Shown: positions 12,216 to 24,826 of the stretch, piece by piece | Numbering within the stretch: position 1 is the stretch's first letter | Layout: each line of letters starts with the position of its first letter | From: Octopus sinensis | Lineage: Eukaryota | Assembly: GCF_006345805.1 (NCBI RefSeq) | Contig: NC_043002.1 | Location: 36,642,001-36,706,000 of the forward strand | DNA: 64,000 nucleotides | Direction of reading: 5' to 3' | The notes under the pieces: generated by a model | What the model was told of the DNA's origin: nothing | The model's database searches: none | What the model saw: only the letters and a program-made list of their open reading frames with translations | Position numbers and translations under genes: made by a program

Positions 12216-12490
12216 GTACAATATCATGTATAATATATGTAACATTCAGCAATTAATAGCTGATAACCACGTGTTGAAACAATTGTAGTGATATGTAATA
12301 AAGCCTGTTCAATAAATTTTCTAGTCTTAATTTTTTTGTTTATATTCTACAGACATTTGTGGATTTCCACATGTACATCCAGTAACAGGTGAAACGTTTG
12401 GTAGCTGATACCTGGAGAGGAGCTTTGAAAGCACACTGTATGGTTCTAACCCAGATTATGTTGAAATATATACATTTATATACATGCCCA

Positions 12491-12540
12491 CATACATACA
12501 TACATACATACATACATACATACATACATACATACATACA

Positions 12541-12574
<34 letters not shown>

Positions 12575-12625
12575 CATACATACATACATACATATATACA
12601 TACATATATACATACATACATACAT
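12491..12625. repeat. (TACA)n microsatellite
   Basis: Direct reading. Confidence 0.95.
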
Positions 12626-14467
12626 GCATATACACACACACGAACATATAATGCATATACACATATACACACATATATAGGCATACGTACACAGATGTTC
12701 GCATGCACATACATACACATTGTTGAAGTAAATCTGGTTTTTACGAAATATGAAATCACTGTATCAGATATTAGAACATTCTAAAAATCATGCTAACAAT
12801 GGCTGTGATCTTTGTCTTTCTGAGAAAACAAATATATTACTCCATAGGAATTAAACAGCCATTCTGAGTCAATCAAACTTGTGAAGGTTTAATGATAATT
12901 TCTAATTTAGGTACAAAGCCATCAATTACACTGACCCAAGTACTTGACCAGGACTTTATTTAACCAACCCTGGAGGGGAGAAAGGCAAAAATTGATCTTA
13001 GCAGTATTTGAACTCAGAATGTAAAAAGCTGGAACTAATACTGCAAGGCATTTTGTCTGATGTTCTAATGATTTTGCAAATCCATTCCTCTTCAAAATTT
13101 TAATAATAAATAATAAAAACAAATAGATATGATATCAAGATCCCCCTCCACATCTCTTTACTGAGGATTCTATTATATTCCAGGTGTTGTATTGATTAAC
13201 CAGATTGGATTATTATTTTTTTTAACAATTCCTGACAAGAACACGAATAACATCAACTGCATGTGCCTGTCAGCTGAATCAACTTCAGAGCAAATTCTCA
13301 TTCAAATTATAGAACTGATAATTATAGCATAATTAATTGATAATTATAATTATACAGTAGGTTAGAATTAAGAGGTTTAAATATATTTTTGTATCTAATT
13401 TACTGAAAATTTGAGATGCAAGGATTTTAGAGACAATTCTTGGTAAAAATAAGCAATAACTGATACTGTGTGTTAATGGCAGATAGGTTTCTTATTTTTG
13501 TAAAGTAGAATGAATTCAATGAAAATACATCATTATTGGTTCTCAACAACCATTTTCAAAATACTATAATTTATTAGTGTATTACATTTCCTTTGCTTAA
13601 TAATATATTTCTCTTATAAGAAGGGCATCGAGCTCTAGTAACCATGCCAAATCAGACTGGAGTCTGGTACAGCCATCCAGCTTGCCAGCCCTGGTCATAC
13701 CATCCAACTTATGCCAGCATGGATAATGGACATTAAATGATTATGATGATATATGTACAAGCACTTATAGGTACAGACATGACTGTGTGGTTGAGAAGTC
13801 TGTTTCCCAGCTACATGTTGGTGTCTTGGGCAAGTGTCTGCTATTATCGCCTTGGGCCAACCTAAGCTTTGTGAGTGGATTTGGTAGATGGAAACTGAAA
13901 GAAGCCTGTCATATGGGTGTGTTCATGTGTGTGTGTGTGTGTGTGGGGGTTGTGTATATGTTTGTGTCTCCTTATTTTGACATCATGTGAATGAATATAA
14001 TTCATTACCAATACTCTGTGGAAACAAGTGTGGTCATGAGTAGATATTACCTTGCTAAGAAATAGATAAGGGTTGGTGACAGAAAGGGCATCCACCTGTA
14101 AAAAACCTGTTTCAATAAACTCTACCTGACCCATGCAAGCATGGACTTTAAATAATGATGATGATCACATTAACTAAAGCAAGGATAGATAGTTGGAGAC
14201 AAACATAACATACAAATGTATATGAGGACTGTCCACTTGTATCTAAAGAAGACAAGTGCCAACTAAAGGGAAGCCAGTAATGTTCATATAGAATTTTAGG
14301 TCCCACGAGGCTTGCACAATATAACATAGGTCCTTTCTACCCTATTGGTATGATTTAGAGACAAGCTGAGGAAAGATATATGGTAGCAATAAAAGCCACA
14401 GTCTGTGGAGAATGTGGAAGCTTCGTCATACTATCTGTTATTGGAGATCTCACAGGTACACACATAT

Positions 14468-14720
14468 GTACATACATGCATGCATGCATACATACATACA
14501 TACATACATGCATACATGCATACATACATGCACGTATGCATACATACATGCATACATACATAGATACATACATGCATGTATATATATATACATACATGCA
14601 TGCATACATACATACATACATACATGTATATATATATACATGCATACATACATACATACATACATACATACATACATACATACATACATACATACATACA
14701 TACATACATACATACATACA

Positions 14721-14751
<31 letters not shown>

Positions 14752-14968
14752 CATACTACATACATACATACATACATACATACATACATACATACATACA
14801 TACATACATACATACATACATACATACATACATACATACATACATACATACATACATACATACATACATACATACATACATACATACATACATACATACA
14901 TACATACATACATACATACATACATACATACATACATACATACATACATACATACATACATACATACA
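14468..14968. repeat. ~500-bp (TACA)n/(TGCA) microsatellite
   Basis: Direct reading. Starts about 130 nt downstream (gene sense) of the pore-loop exon donor. Confidence 0.95.
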
Positions 14969-15097
14969 AACAACATCTATGTTGAACTGATGAGAAACTC
15001 CTGATATTCTATTCAGACTATAGCTTTATAGTTCTATCTCTAATTATTGCAACACTTGGTACCAATCTTGGAAAATAGTTAAAAAAACATGTCTTAC

Positions 15098-15219
15098 TTT
15101 CATGATTCCATTCCAGTTATCTCCTGTTGCAATTTGGAATAAAGTGAGAAATGCCATTCCAAAATGCCTAAAATGTGCATGATCCCCGAGTCCTTCACAT
15201 GGATGTTCTTCTGAGCAAT
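15098..15219 (-). CDS. Cav3: Cav3 exon: domain IV turret and pore loop
   Basis: Acceptor cttcacaacag, donor gtaaga, 122 nt. Translates (D)[40 protein letters not shown]. The Asp of TGDNW (codon 15119-15121) is the domain IV residue of the T-type EEDD filter. Confidence 0.97.
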
Positions 15220-15354
15220 CTGTTGTGAAGACAACAAATAAAATTTAAAATATTAGTAGTACTTTAAAAAAAATAGCAAAAAAAATGTTGTGTAAGTTTT
15301 TTTGTTGTTGCAAACAAGCAGCAAAAGACTGGCATTGCAAACAAGCAAACAATA

Positions 15355-15610
15355 CATTCATCCATCTAACCCCACCATCCATCCATCCATCAATCCATCC
15401 ATCCATCCACCCCCTCCATTCACTCACTCACCTATCCATCCATCCATCCATCCATCCATCACCCCTCCATTCACTCACTCACCAATCCATTCATACACCT
15501 ATCCATCCATCCATCCATCCATCCATCCATCCATCCATCCAACCATCCATCCAACCCATCCATCAATCCGTCCATGCATGCATGCATGCATCCATCCATC
15601 CATCCAGCCA
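15355..15610. repeat. (TCCA)n microsatellite
   Basis: Direct reading. A (CTGC/CTGT)n tract follows at about 15788-15900. Confidence 0.9.
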
Positions 15611-16085
15611 GTCAGCTTTCCAGCCATTCATTGATTGATGTGTCCAGTGATCAATTTATACATTAGTTAATTGATCCATTCATCAATTGATCAATTCATC
15701 TATTCATTGATTGAATCATCACTTGATACTTTTATCCACCCTTTGATCTTTCCAGCTTTCCAGACATCTATCTTCTAGTCCTTCATTCTGTCTGTCTGCC
15801 TGCCTGCCTGCTTGCCTATCTGTTTGCCTGCCTGTCTGCTTGCCTGCTTATTTGTTTGCTTGCCTGTCTGTTCGTCTGTCTATCTGATTGTCTAACCTGC
15901 CATCCATTATGATATATGAGTAGCTGGTGCCAAACCTTGCTCAGGTTTATAGAAAGTATTAGAAAAATTCATATAGCCTATGGTGTCCATCATGCAAAGA
16001 TGTGCTCTTAAGTAAATTTCAGCTATCTGGGTACAATTCTGTACCCTACAATTTGGAACATACATATATTAAACCATACATACAT

Positions 16086-16295
16086 ATAATGATTTAGGAT
16101 AGAGAAGAGAAACTGTGCACAGTTGTGGATATTAGCTGCCCAGTGGATGTCAACATAAGCTGAAGATCAGAGAAAAAGAGAACACCTGTGCTGAACTATT
16201 GAAAAATCTGCAGTTACTCAATCCAGATTACAAGTTCAGGTTTATACCTGTAATTATTGGGGCCCTGGGATATGTAACACACTGCTTAAATACCA
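16086..16295 (+). mobile_element. Restriction-like-endonuclease (R2/R4-group) LINE fragment
   Basis: Reads IMI*DREEKLCTVVDISCPVDVNI/KLKIREKENTCAELLKNLQLLNPDYKFRFIPVIIGALGYV with one frameshift. D-I-x-x-P-x-D...EK...PVIIGALG is the RLE C-terminal pattern. Confidence 0.7.
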
Positions 16296-16406
16296 AACTA
16301 TGGAGAAGGTGCCTGAGGACTCTACCCCTACAAACCTCTCAGGAACAGTGAGTGGTGAAAAAGGAATGAATAGAAAGGCCTCTGACTTAAATTGATACAG
16401 ATTGGC

Positions 16407-16890
16407 ACCATCATCATCATTGTTCGACCGTGGTCGAGACAATGGAATTTACTATGCTATGTCAGACTTCACGGTCCATCATAGCATTATGGAGGTCCTG
16501 TTGCTGGATGCCTGTATCCCTGGAGATTACATCAGGGTAGGAGAGTGTGCGCCCTCTGGTATTGTGAGTAGATGGCTTCCAGAGGAGAAGAGTAGAAGTT
16601 GCCTCGTTTTCAGCTCTACAACAATGTCCAGCAAACTGGACTCTCCTACCTTTCACAAGAGATGATACAGGTGGTAGCTTCCCATATATTTGTACTTTGG
16701 TTGGATGACGCTTCCACGAGAGATTTTGAGCTCTCATAAGGAGGTGAGTGTAAGTTCCATCCAACCGCCTCTCAAGCTTCTTTGATAACGTCCAGGTTTC
16801 TGAGCCATATAGTAGAATTGGTTCGATTGTGGCTTTGAAGATTTTGAGTTTGAAATCTCTACTTAGATTTGATGACCAGATCTTATGCAC
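16407..16890 (-). mobile_element. 5'-truncated RTE-like LINE with (GAT)n tail
   Basis: ORF KIWSSNLSRDFKLKIFKATIEPILLYGSETWTL...RRVQFAGHC, followed by a short UTR and atgatgatgatg. Confidence 0.85.
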
Positions 16891-17253
16891 CAGATCAGAT
16901 TGGCACCAGTGTTGATGCAGGTGTTGCAGTCAGAGTGGGAAGAACCAAGGCATCTTATCTGGCCCTCAAACAGTCTCACTAATTGAGTGAAAGAATGAAA
17001 AGTAAAGTTGATCTCAAAAGGGTTTGAACTCAGAGTACAGTGAGTTGGAATTGATACCACAAGGCATTCTGTCCAACATTATATCAACTCTGTCAGTTCA
17101 CTATCATCTAATCTGTCAGTTTGTGTGGTATTACACCATTTACCCAATTTCTCTACATGTATTGTATGATGATGTTGTGTCATCAGTCAATATGTGTGAT
17201 ATCTTGATATTTGTGAAACCAGTAGTCAGATGTGATATATCAGTTAATCTTAC

Positions 17254-17403
17254 CTAATCTTCCAAACAGCTCAACTCCAAGAGCAGCAAAAATAAAAAAT
17301 AGTAAAAAAAATAATAGGCCAAGATTTCCAACTTGGGGTAGGGCTTGCATCACAGTATCTAGCAAGGCACGGATTCCTTTTGCCATTTTCAAGAGTTTTA
17401 GAA
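17254..17403 (-). CDS. Cav3: Cav3 exon: end of IVS4, S4-S5 linker, IVS5
   Basis: Acceptor ttattattttcag, donor gtaaga, 150 nt. Translates (V)[49 protein letters not shown](D). Confidence 0.97.
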
Positions 17404-17933
17404 CTGAAAATAATAAAAAAATAGAAACATTAGATTTTATTAGATTAAAAAAAAGGGTGATGATAAGAATGTTCTTTCTAAATTTGGCACAAGGTCAGCA
17501 ATTTTTGAGGGGTTGGGTAAGTTAATTACATCGACTTCAGTACTTGGCTGGTACTTTATTTTATTGATATTGAAAGGATGAAAAGCAAAGTTGTCTAGGA
17601 CAGGATTTGAACTTAGAACAGAAAGAGCCAGAAGAAATGTGGCTAAGAATTTTGTCCAGTACTTTAACAATTCTGCTAGCTTGCTGCATAAAGAACAATG
17701 TCTTGTGAAGAAAGACGTTTTGTAGCCTGAAATTTAATTTCAGTGTGGAAAACAAATGAGGGAGAGAAATAATCAAATAAGCTTATATGACTGTGTGGTA
17801 AGAAGCTTGTTTCTCAACCATATAGTTCCAGGTTCAGTCCCAAAGCACTTTGAGCAAGTGTCTTCTACTACAACCTCAAGCTAACCAAAGCCTTGTGAGT
17901 GGATTTGGTAGATGGAAACTGAAAGAAGCCTGT

Positions 17934-17980
<47 letters not shown>

Positions 17981-17987
<7 letters not shown>

Positions 17988-18134
17988 GGTTGTATACTGT
18001 CAATCTAACAAGAACGTGACAGTAGGGGGTACACCACCGTTATATAGCCCTAGGATGCCTCCTAGGGCTATATAACGGTGGTGTACCCCCTACTGTCACG
18101 TTCTTGTTAGATTGACAGTATACAACCATTATAT
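17981..18134. repeat. Perfect 75-bp inverted repeat with 4-nt loop
   Basis: 17981-18055 is the exact reverse complement of 18060-18134; loop tgcc. Confidence 0.95.
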
Positions 18135-18224
18135 CGTTCCACCACCGTACACCTCTCTATGAGAGATTTAGAAACTCAATATTTCTTATATATTATATAT
18201 ATATATATATAAAATTATATTAAT

Positions 18225-18600
18225 CATGGAATGGAAGCACTCCGTCGGTTACGATGACGAGGGTTCCGGTTGATCCGATCAACGGAACAGCCTGCTCGTG
18301 AAATTAACGTGTAAGTGGTTGAGCACTCCACAGACACGTGTACCCTTAACGTAGTTCTCGGGGATATTCAGCATGACACAGAAAGTGACAAGGCCGACCC
18401 TTTGAAATACAAGTACAACAGAAACAGGAAGTAAGAGGGAGAGAAAGAGTACAGCAGGGATCACCACCATCCCTGCTGGAGCCTCGTGGAGGTTTAGGTG
18501 TTTTCGCTCAATAAACACTCACAATGCCCGGTCTGGGAATTGAAACCGCGATCCTACGATCGCGAGTCCGCTGCCCTAACCACTAGGCCATTGCGCCTCC
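18225..18600 (-). mobile_element. Young full-length tRNA-derived SINE (family E)
   Basis: Head ggaggcgcaatggcctagtggttagggcagcggactcgcgatcgtaggatcgcggtttcaattccc with A and B boxes. CpGs are largely intact. Confidence 0.8.
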
Positions 18601-19071
18601 ATATTAATCATAAGAACACATTAAAGTGTCTACCCACTAGAAATGAGAGTTTGGACCACCAAAAAAAGGTGTTTCAAAGGGTTAAGGTGTGTTGAAGAAG
18701 GTAAGAGTTTTGTATCTTATAGTCCACATATATACCTATATCATTAAATATATAGCTTTAGGTTATATAGGTGTGTGAGAGATTTTTTATGATCTGCTTG
18801 CTCATATACTGTTGAATCTGTTATTTTCAGTGTTAATTTGTTTGATGGTCCAAATGAGGATTTTAACTCTCATTTCTAGTGGGTAGACACTTTAATGTGT
18901 CCTTATGATTAATATTTTAATTCTATTGCTATATAATGCTGATTTAAGCCTGCAACCACCTATATTAATATTATTGTTATTATCAATTATTTGTATTGCC
19001 TTCGATAATGATAACAATATTAATATCTATATAAATATTTGCTTTTGAATACTTTGCTGCTGATATCATCA

Positions 19072-19440
19072 TCATCATCATTGTTTAATGTCTGCTTTCC
19101 GTGCTGGCGTAGGTTGGCTGGTTTGACTGAGGACTGGCAAACCAGAAGGCTGTGTCATGCTCCAATCTGATCTGGCAAGGTTTCTATAGCTGGATGCCCT
19201 TCCTAATGCCAACCATTTTGAGAGTGTAGTGGGTACTTTTTACGTGCCACCGGCATGAGGGCCAGTCAGAGAGTACTGACATCGACCACACTTGAATGGT
19301 GCTTTTTACGTGCACTGGCACGGGAGCCAGTTAGGTGGCACTGGCAATGACCATGCTCCAATGGTGCTTTTTAAGTGCCACCGGCAAGGGAGCCAGTCAG
19401 GCAGCACTGGTATCGACCATGTTCATATGGTGCATTTTAC
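19072..19440 (-). mobile_element. Family C retroelement
   Basis: (CAT)n then the conserved 3' end in reverse orientation. Same orientation at 20341-20640, 26217-26550, 37074-37460 and 40877-41390. Confidence 0.8.
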
Positions 19441-19651
19441 GGAGTGTGTGTGTGTGTGTGACTTTGTGTCTGTGTTTGTTCCTCACCACTGCTTGACAAC
19501 CAGTGCTATTGTGTTAATGCCGGTGTGTTTATGTTGGTCTCCAGCAAAAGAGACCAACAGGATAGGTACCAGACTTAAGGAAGAAATGGTTAGTACTGGG
19601 ATCGATTCATATAGTTTAAGAAGATAAATTTTGTAGTCAAGAGATAGTTAC

Positions 19652-19782
19652 CTCTGGCAATTCGTAACACCCTCATGACACGAATGATTGTAGGGTTCAT
19701 TGGAATTACATTACTTTCCATTTCTTCTAGAACTATTCCCACCACAGATAAAATCACAATTGCTGTATCTAACTGATTCCAA
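19652..19782 (-). CDS. Cav3: Cav3 exon: IVS3 and most of the IVS4 voltage sensor
   Basis: Acceptor tttttctatttgcag, donor gtaact, 131 nt. Translates [43 protein letters not shown], with R-x-x-R S4 periodicity and the Cav3 [15 protein letters not shown] signature. Confidence 0.97.
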
Positions 19783-20715
19783 CTGCAAATAGAAAAAGGG
19801 AAATAATGAGTAATGTATTTTAACATTGACATTCATTGGAAGTAGTTTACATTCAGGGGATTGTGAGAGTGTGTACATAGATATATAAATATATACAGAT
19901 ACATGTTTGAAAAGAGAAATTAGTTCATATACATACACACACATATAATTTGTATGTATAAACACACATGCTCACATAGACATGGTTTCAAATATAATGA
20001 TGGTTGGTTGTTCATCTGGTTGGTTATATGTTTTTATATGTGTGCATATGTGTGTACATGTAGCTGTGCATGTAGCTGTGCATGTGTGAATGTGTTAATG
20101 TGAGTATGCATGTATGTATTCATTGACTTTTACAAGTGAAAGGTTGACAGGGACTTCAAAGATTGCTCACTTTCATTAGACAGTTCAATAAAGATGGCCA
20201 AGCCAAAAACTCAACATCACTATCAAACTCTTCCTTGCACTAGCTGATATTTACTCTACTAAAATGCATTGAGCAATCCTTCAGTTTAATGTTAAATTGT
20301 TTTTATATATAACTTCACATAAAAAGAAACATTTATATATCATCATCGTCATTATCATCATCGTTTAACATCCGCTTTCCATGCTAGCATGGGTTGGACG
20401 ATTTGACTGAGGACTGGTGAACCAAATGGCTGCACCAGGCTCCAATCTGATCTGGCAGAGTTTCTACAGCTGGATGCCGTTCCTAATGCCAACAATTTTG
20501 AGAGTGTAGTGGGTGCTTTTACGTGCCACCAGCACGAGGGCCAGTCAGGAGATACTGGCAATGGCCACGCTCGAATGGTGTTTTTTACGTGCCACCTGCA
20601 CAGGAGCCAGTCCAGCAGCACTGGCAACTACCTCGCTCATCCCCAGAGCAAAAAAACAACAACGTGAGGATGTGGTACATGTAAAGTATTAGCAGACATT
20701 CAGGAAAGAAAAGTA

Positions 20716-20750
20716 GTTTTATGTTTCAAGCAAAGCTCTTCTTCAGAAAC
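20716..20750 (-). ncRNA. Minimal hammerhead motif (CpG-decayed)
   Basis: gttt-CTGAAGA-a-gagc-ttt-gctt-GAAA-ca-TA-aaac. Restoring two CpGs gives gagc/gctc and GAAACGTA, as in the related copy at 45783-45818. Confidence 0.55.
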
Positions 20751-20867
20751 AGGAGACAGAGGAAAGTCCAATAGAAAAGAAAGACAGAGGGAAAAAAAAT
20801 ATGTATATATTTAAGTAGTTAGGGTGAATCCCAGCTGTTTCCTCTTGAAGCCCTTTAATGCTCTTAA

Positions 20868-21048
20868 ACACTTCAGGATGTTCCGATCTGTAATTGTAGA
20901 GGGAACATGTGGAAGGGGTAGACCCAGAAAGATGTGGGACAAAATAGTGAGAAAGGATCTACAGACATTGGGACTTACAGAGGGGATGACAGGGGACCGA
21001 GACTACTGGCAGTTTGTTGTGCTTGAAAAGACACATCAAGCTAAATAA
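20868..21048 (+). mobile_element. RTE-type LINE C-terminal fragment
   Basis: VEGTCGRGRPRKMWDKIVRKDLQTLGL...DRDYW matches the RTE GRPxxxW...DRxxW ending. Confidence 0.75.
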
Positions 21049-21442
21049 AACATGGTTGCCGATGTATACAGGCTCATCTTCTGCAACCCTCTCCAGCTGA
21101 GAATCCCTACTCTTGTGGGCTTGTAGGTACTGATGCCATGTAAAATGCATCCATGCTGGTACTGCGTAAAAGCATGCAGTACACCCTGTTAAGTGGTTGG
21201 CATTAGGAAGGGTATCCAGCCATAGAAACCATGCCAAAACAGACATGGAGCCTGAACAGCCCTTCAGTTGGTCAGCTCCTGTCAAACTGTCTAATCCATG
21301 CCAACATGGAAAATGGATGTTAAATGATGATTTCTTACATGTCTATCTAACATGTAAAACTTTGTAATTCCTATTAGCAAATGAAACATGTGTAATGATA
21401 AAAAAATAATACCAAAAAATTTTTCTATTTCCTGTTTTGTTT

Positions 21443-21475
<33 letters not shown>

Positions 21476-21517
21476 TCTATATATATCTATATCTGCCCGC
21501 CTGCCTGCCTGCCTGCC

Positions 21518-21561
<44 letters not shown>

Positions 21562-22356
21562 GATCTATACATATATACATATGTTTGTTTGTGAATAACT
21601 GTGCATTGCATGATTATGTGCATGTGCATATGTTTGGAGTTTCCCAGACCTGCAATACTTCTAAATGTATGTCCACAGTATAAATCTGTACTATTTTGCT
21701 ATTGTTAATAGATTTAGAAATATATTCATTAGAAGTAGAAAATTTCTGTCCTTAAATATTCATTCAGAAATAGGGGTGGTTTGTAAGAATAAATGCAGCT
21801 TTTCTTTGCAGCCAGTCACAGACAGAAATGGTTATATTTGTTGCACATTAGCAAATTTCTCTACTTGCTTAAAGCAGAGGTGCTATTAGCTGCATATAAA
21901 GAAAAATTCAAAATCTGTACATTTCTAGCAAATCTCTTTTAAATATTTCATGCATTTATTTCTTATATTCCTCCCACTTGCTGTATCCAAATTCAAGAAT
22001 TTCAAGTTATTTATCATTCTAAACTTTCCTAGAAATACATATTTCTGGGAAAGCTTTTCAGACATCTTTAAATGCATATTTCAAGTTGTAATTCAATCCA
22101 GTATTACTGTTAATATTCCTCTATACATTAAGTATCTGGGAATTTTGTTGTTATCTGTTACATTACTACAGTGCTGCATAACCATTCTACAAAAGTTAAA
22201 ATGTTTCTTAATGCTGTTCAGTGGCATATGTTCCATCATTAATCTTTTTAGCAAAATTTTTGCTTAATTTTATTGTGTCTGGAAAGAGTCATTTTCTTTT
22301 AGTGCCTTATTATTTAACACACTCACCAGTTCAACTTCCACTCATTTACTTATCTA

Positions 22357-22923
22357 TTGGGTTGTCTGGAAAGTTCGTGCCGATTTATAGTAGCTTATCT
22401 TTCGACTTATTTTAGAACATGGTTGATTCCATAAAATAGGATTTGACTACTCCTTCATTTAGAGCACAGTTTAAGCTATCTTTTCGTGGAAGAAGGTTTA
22501 TGTTCTTGTAACCTGTGTTAATTCTGTAACCCTTTAAAATGGAAGATAAGAAAGTTCATTTTCAGCACTTGATGCTTTGGGAACCAGACAAAAATTGCTG
22601 CAGCTTGGCTGGGATGTGTTACCCCACCCGCCATATTCACCAGATAATGCTCCTTTGGATTTCCACTTATTCAGGTCTCTGTAGAATAGTCTTAATGGTA
22701 AAAATTTCAATTACTTGGATGACGTAAAAAGATACATTGATGAATTCTTTGCCATGAAACTACCTCAATTCTGAGAAGAGGGTATTTTCAAGTTAAAGGA
22801 AAGATGGAGATGCATTGTGCAACAAAATGGCTCATATTTTGTTGATTAAAAATGTAATGGCAAGTATTTATTGACCCTTTTCCTTTCCTTTAAAAATCGG
22901 CACGAACTTTCCGGACAACTCAA
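22357..22923 (+). mobile_element. Internally deleted mariner (non-autonomous), copy 1
   Basis: TA-flanked TIRs ttgggttgtctggaaagttcgtgccgattt / aaatcggcacgaactttccggacaactcaa. Remnant MEDKKVHF joined to [13 protein letters not shown]. Confidence 0.9.
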
Positions 22924-23986
22924 TATGCTTTCTAAAATTTTCATTGCATCTTGCAACCTTTTCAATAGTTGTTGACTCTATCCAGAATGATATACTTTAG
23001 ACACAGGTATCACCATGGGGTTTAGAAGCTTGCTTTGTAACCATGTGGTTTCAGTTTCAGTCACACTGTGCAGCACCCCCTTGGCATCTCAAGCATGTGT
23101 CTTCTACTATAGCCCAGGGATGACTAATGCCTTGTGGGTGAATTTAGTAGATGGAATCTGTGACAAGCTTATATGTATGTATGTACATTGTTATTTAGTT
23201 TTATTTCAAGATTTTATGCCAATAGAGAAAGAGCTAGTTTCTAACCTAGATCTAAGGTTCCACTTGATTACTTAACTACCAATAGCTCCCTTGTAATACT
23301 CCTTCTCTTATACAAGTGACAGGTAGACTGAGCATTTCTAAAGCTGTTTTACCCCACCCCACTCCGGTCATGAATGACCATAGGATTGCACCTAGAAAGT
23401 CCCCCCCCCCAAGGCACAAGTCCAGCAGTCACCCACGCATAAAAGCCTCCCCTCTCCACACTACGGATCTTATCCAAGAGAAAGGCAAATGCTGATTCAG
23501 CTTGGTACCAGTGTTGCCACAGCTCATTTCTACAGCTGAATAAACTGGAGCAACAGTGTGAAATAAAGTGTTTTGCTCAAGAACACAACACACAGTCTGA
23601 TCTAGGAATCAAACTCACTACCTCATGATTGTGAGCCTAACGCTCTAACCACTAAGCCATGCTCCTTCTCTTGTAACCCATTAACAGCTAGCCAGCTGTA
23701 TGTTGCTGTGTGTCTTATCACTTGACAAAAACTGATCTGGAAATAAACATAATTTGAATGTGGGGCCTGAAAACTGACAAATTCAAACTCTGCTACATCT
23801 TTACTTCAGAAATTCCTAATCAAACTCCTGTTTATCTTTCTGTTGTTTGAAGGATATTTTGTTTGGAGAAATTCTGAGTAGTGGCTGAGCAACTACTCAA
23901 TGAATACATAAACTTAACTTCAGGGACTGAGTAACTTTTCCTCCTCTGTATTTACAAAAGGATGGCATAATTTGAAATCTACAACT

Positions 23987-24499
23987 AATGTAAATCCTCG
24001 AGTATAATCCCCATTTTTTCCCCAAAATTTAAAGGTCAAAATCCCTAGTGCGTACTATATATGAGGTTAAAAATGAAAATTATTTTCTAAGCATCGTTCG
24101 AGTCTCTATTTGCTGTCCGGCAATGTTTATTCAGATGCATTTTGTGATGTTGTGCACGAAAATACCTTAAGCTAAGCCTGAAAGCAATGAAGTCAGAAAA
24201 GAATCATCCATAACTTGCAGTAAGCAACATTTATTAAACGTTATTACTGTTACTTCTTTATTTTCTGCAAACAAAATGCACAAAAAAGCTACATGTTTGC
24301 ATTATGATATATATACAATAATAATAAAGGATGTTACTGCATACATTTTTACAAACCAAGGACATTATATAGACCTCCTTGACTCAAGTTAGAGAAGGGG
24401 TGCGTATTATACACAAGGTTTAGGTTTTTCAGAGGTACAGCCCCTAAAAATCCCCTGTGTATTATACTCAAGGGTGGACTATACTTGAAGATTTATGGT
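23987..24499. mobile_element. Tigger/pogo-like MITE
   Basis: Imperfect TIRs taatgtaaatcctcgagtataatcccc / gtggactatacttgaagatttatggta. No ORF. Confidence 0.6.
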
Positions 24500-24626
24500 A
24501 TATAAGGAAGCACATTATGACCAATGGTGTAAACAATATCCAATAGTCTGGTCAGTACAGTGATATGATATACAAATACATGCATGCATGCATACATGTG
24601 TGTGTGTGTGTGTGTGTTTGTGTGTG

Positions 24627-24667
<41 letters not shown>

Positions 24668-24826
24668 TTGAGTGTATGCATGTGTGTGTGTATGTGTGCA
24701 TCTGTGTGTGTGTATGTATTCATGCTTATGGGTGGAGATGTCAGGATGCCTGGAATTAAAGTTTATAAGTAAATCAATTTTTCGGAAAAAATTGGATCAA
24801 AGGAAGACATTAAGTTGGTACTTTAC

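Noticed and set aside
14355-15004. Long overlapping ORFs (up to 201 aa) of HTYI/MYVC repeats, and similar YI, CV, poly-I/M/N/T ORFs elsewhere
   Set aside because: They are translations of stop-free microsatellites in several frames at once; no coding signal.
14987-15020. CTGATGA followed by gaaa as a hammerhead
   Set aside because: There is no room for stem II and no closing stems I or III.
18530-18600. tRNA-like sequence (also 47380-47445)
   Set aside because: No complete acceptor stem or cloverleaf, and it runs straight into a repeat body. These are SINE heads, not tRNA genes.
21720-22330. Possible hAT (Buster/SPIN-like) transposase remnant on the minus strand
   Set aside because: Only a weak WLC...ITTK-like hint amid many stops; not enough to call without a search.
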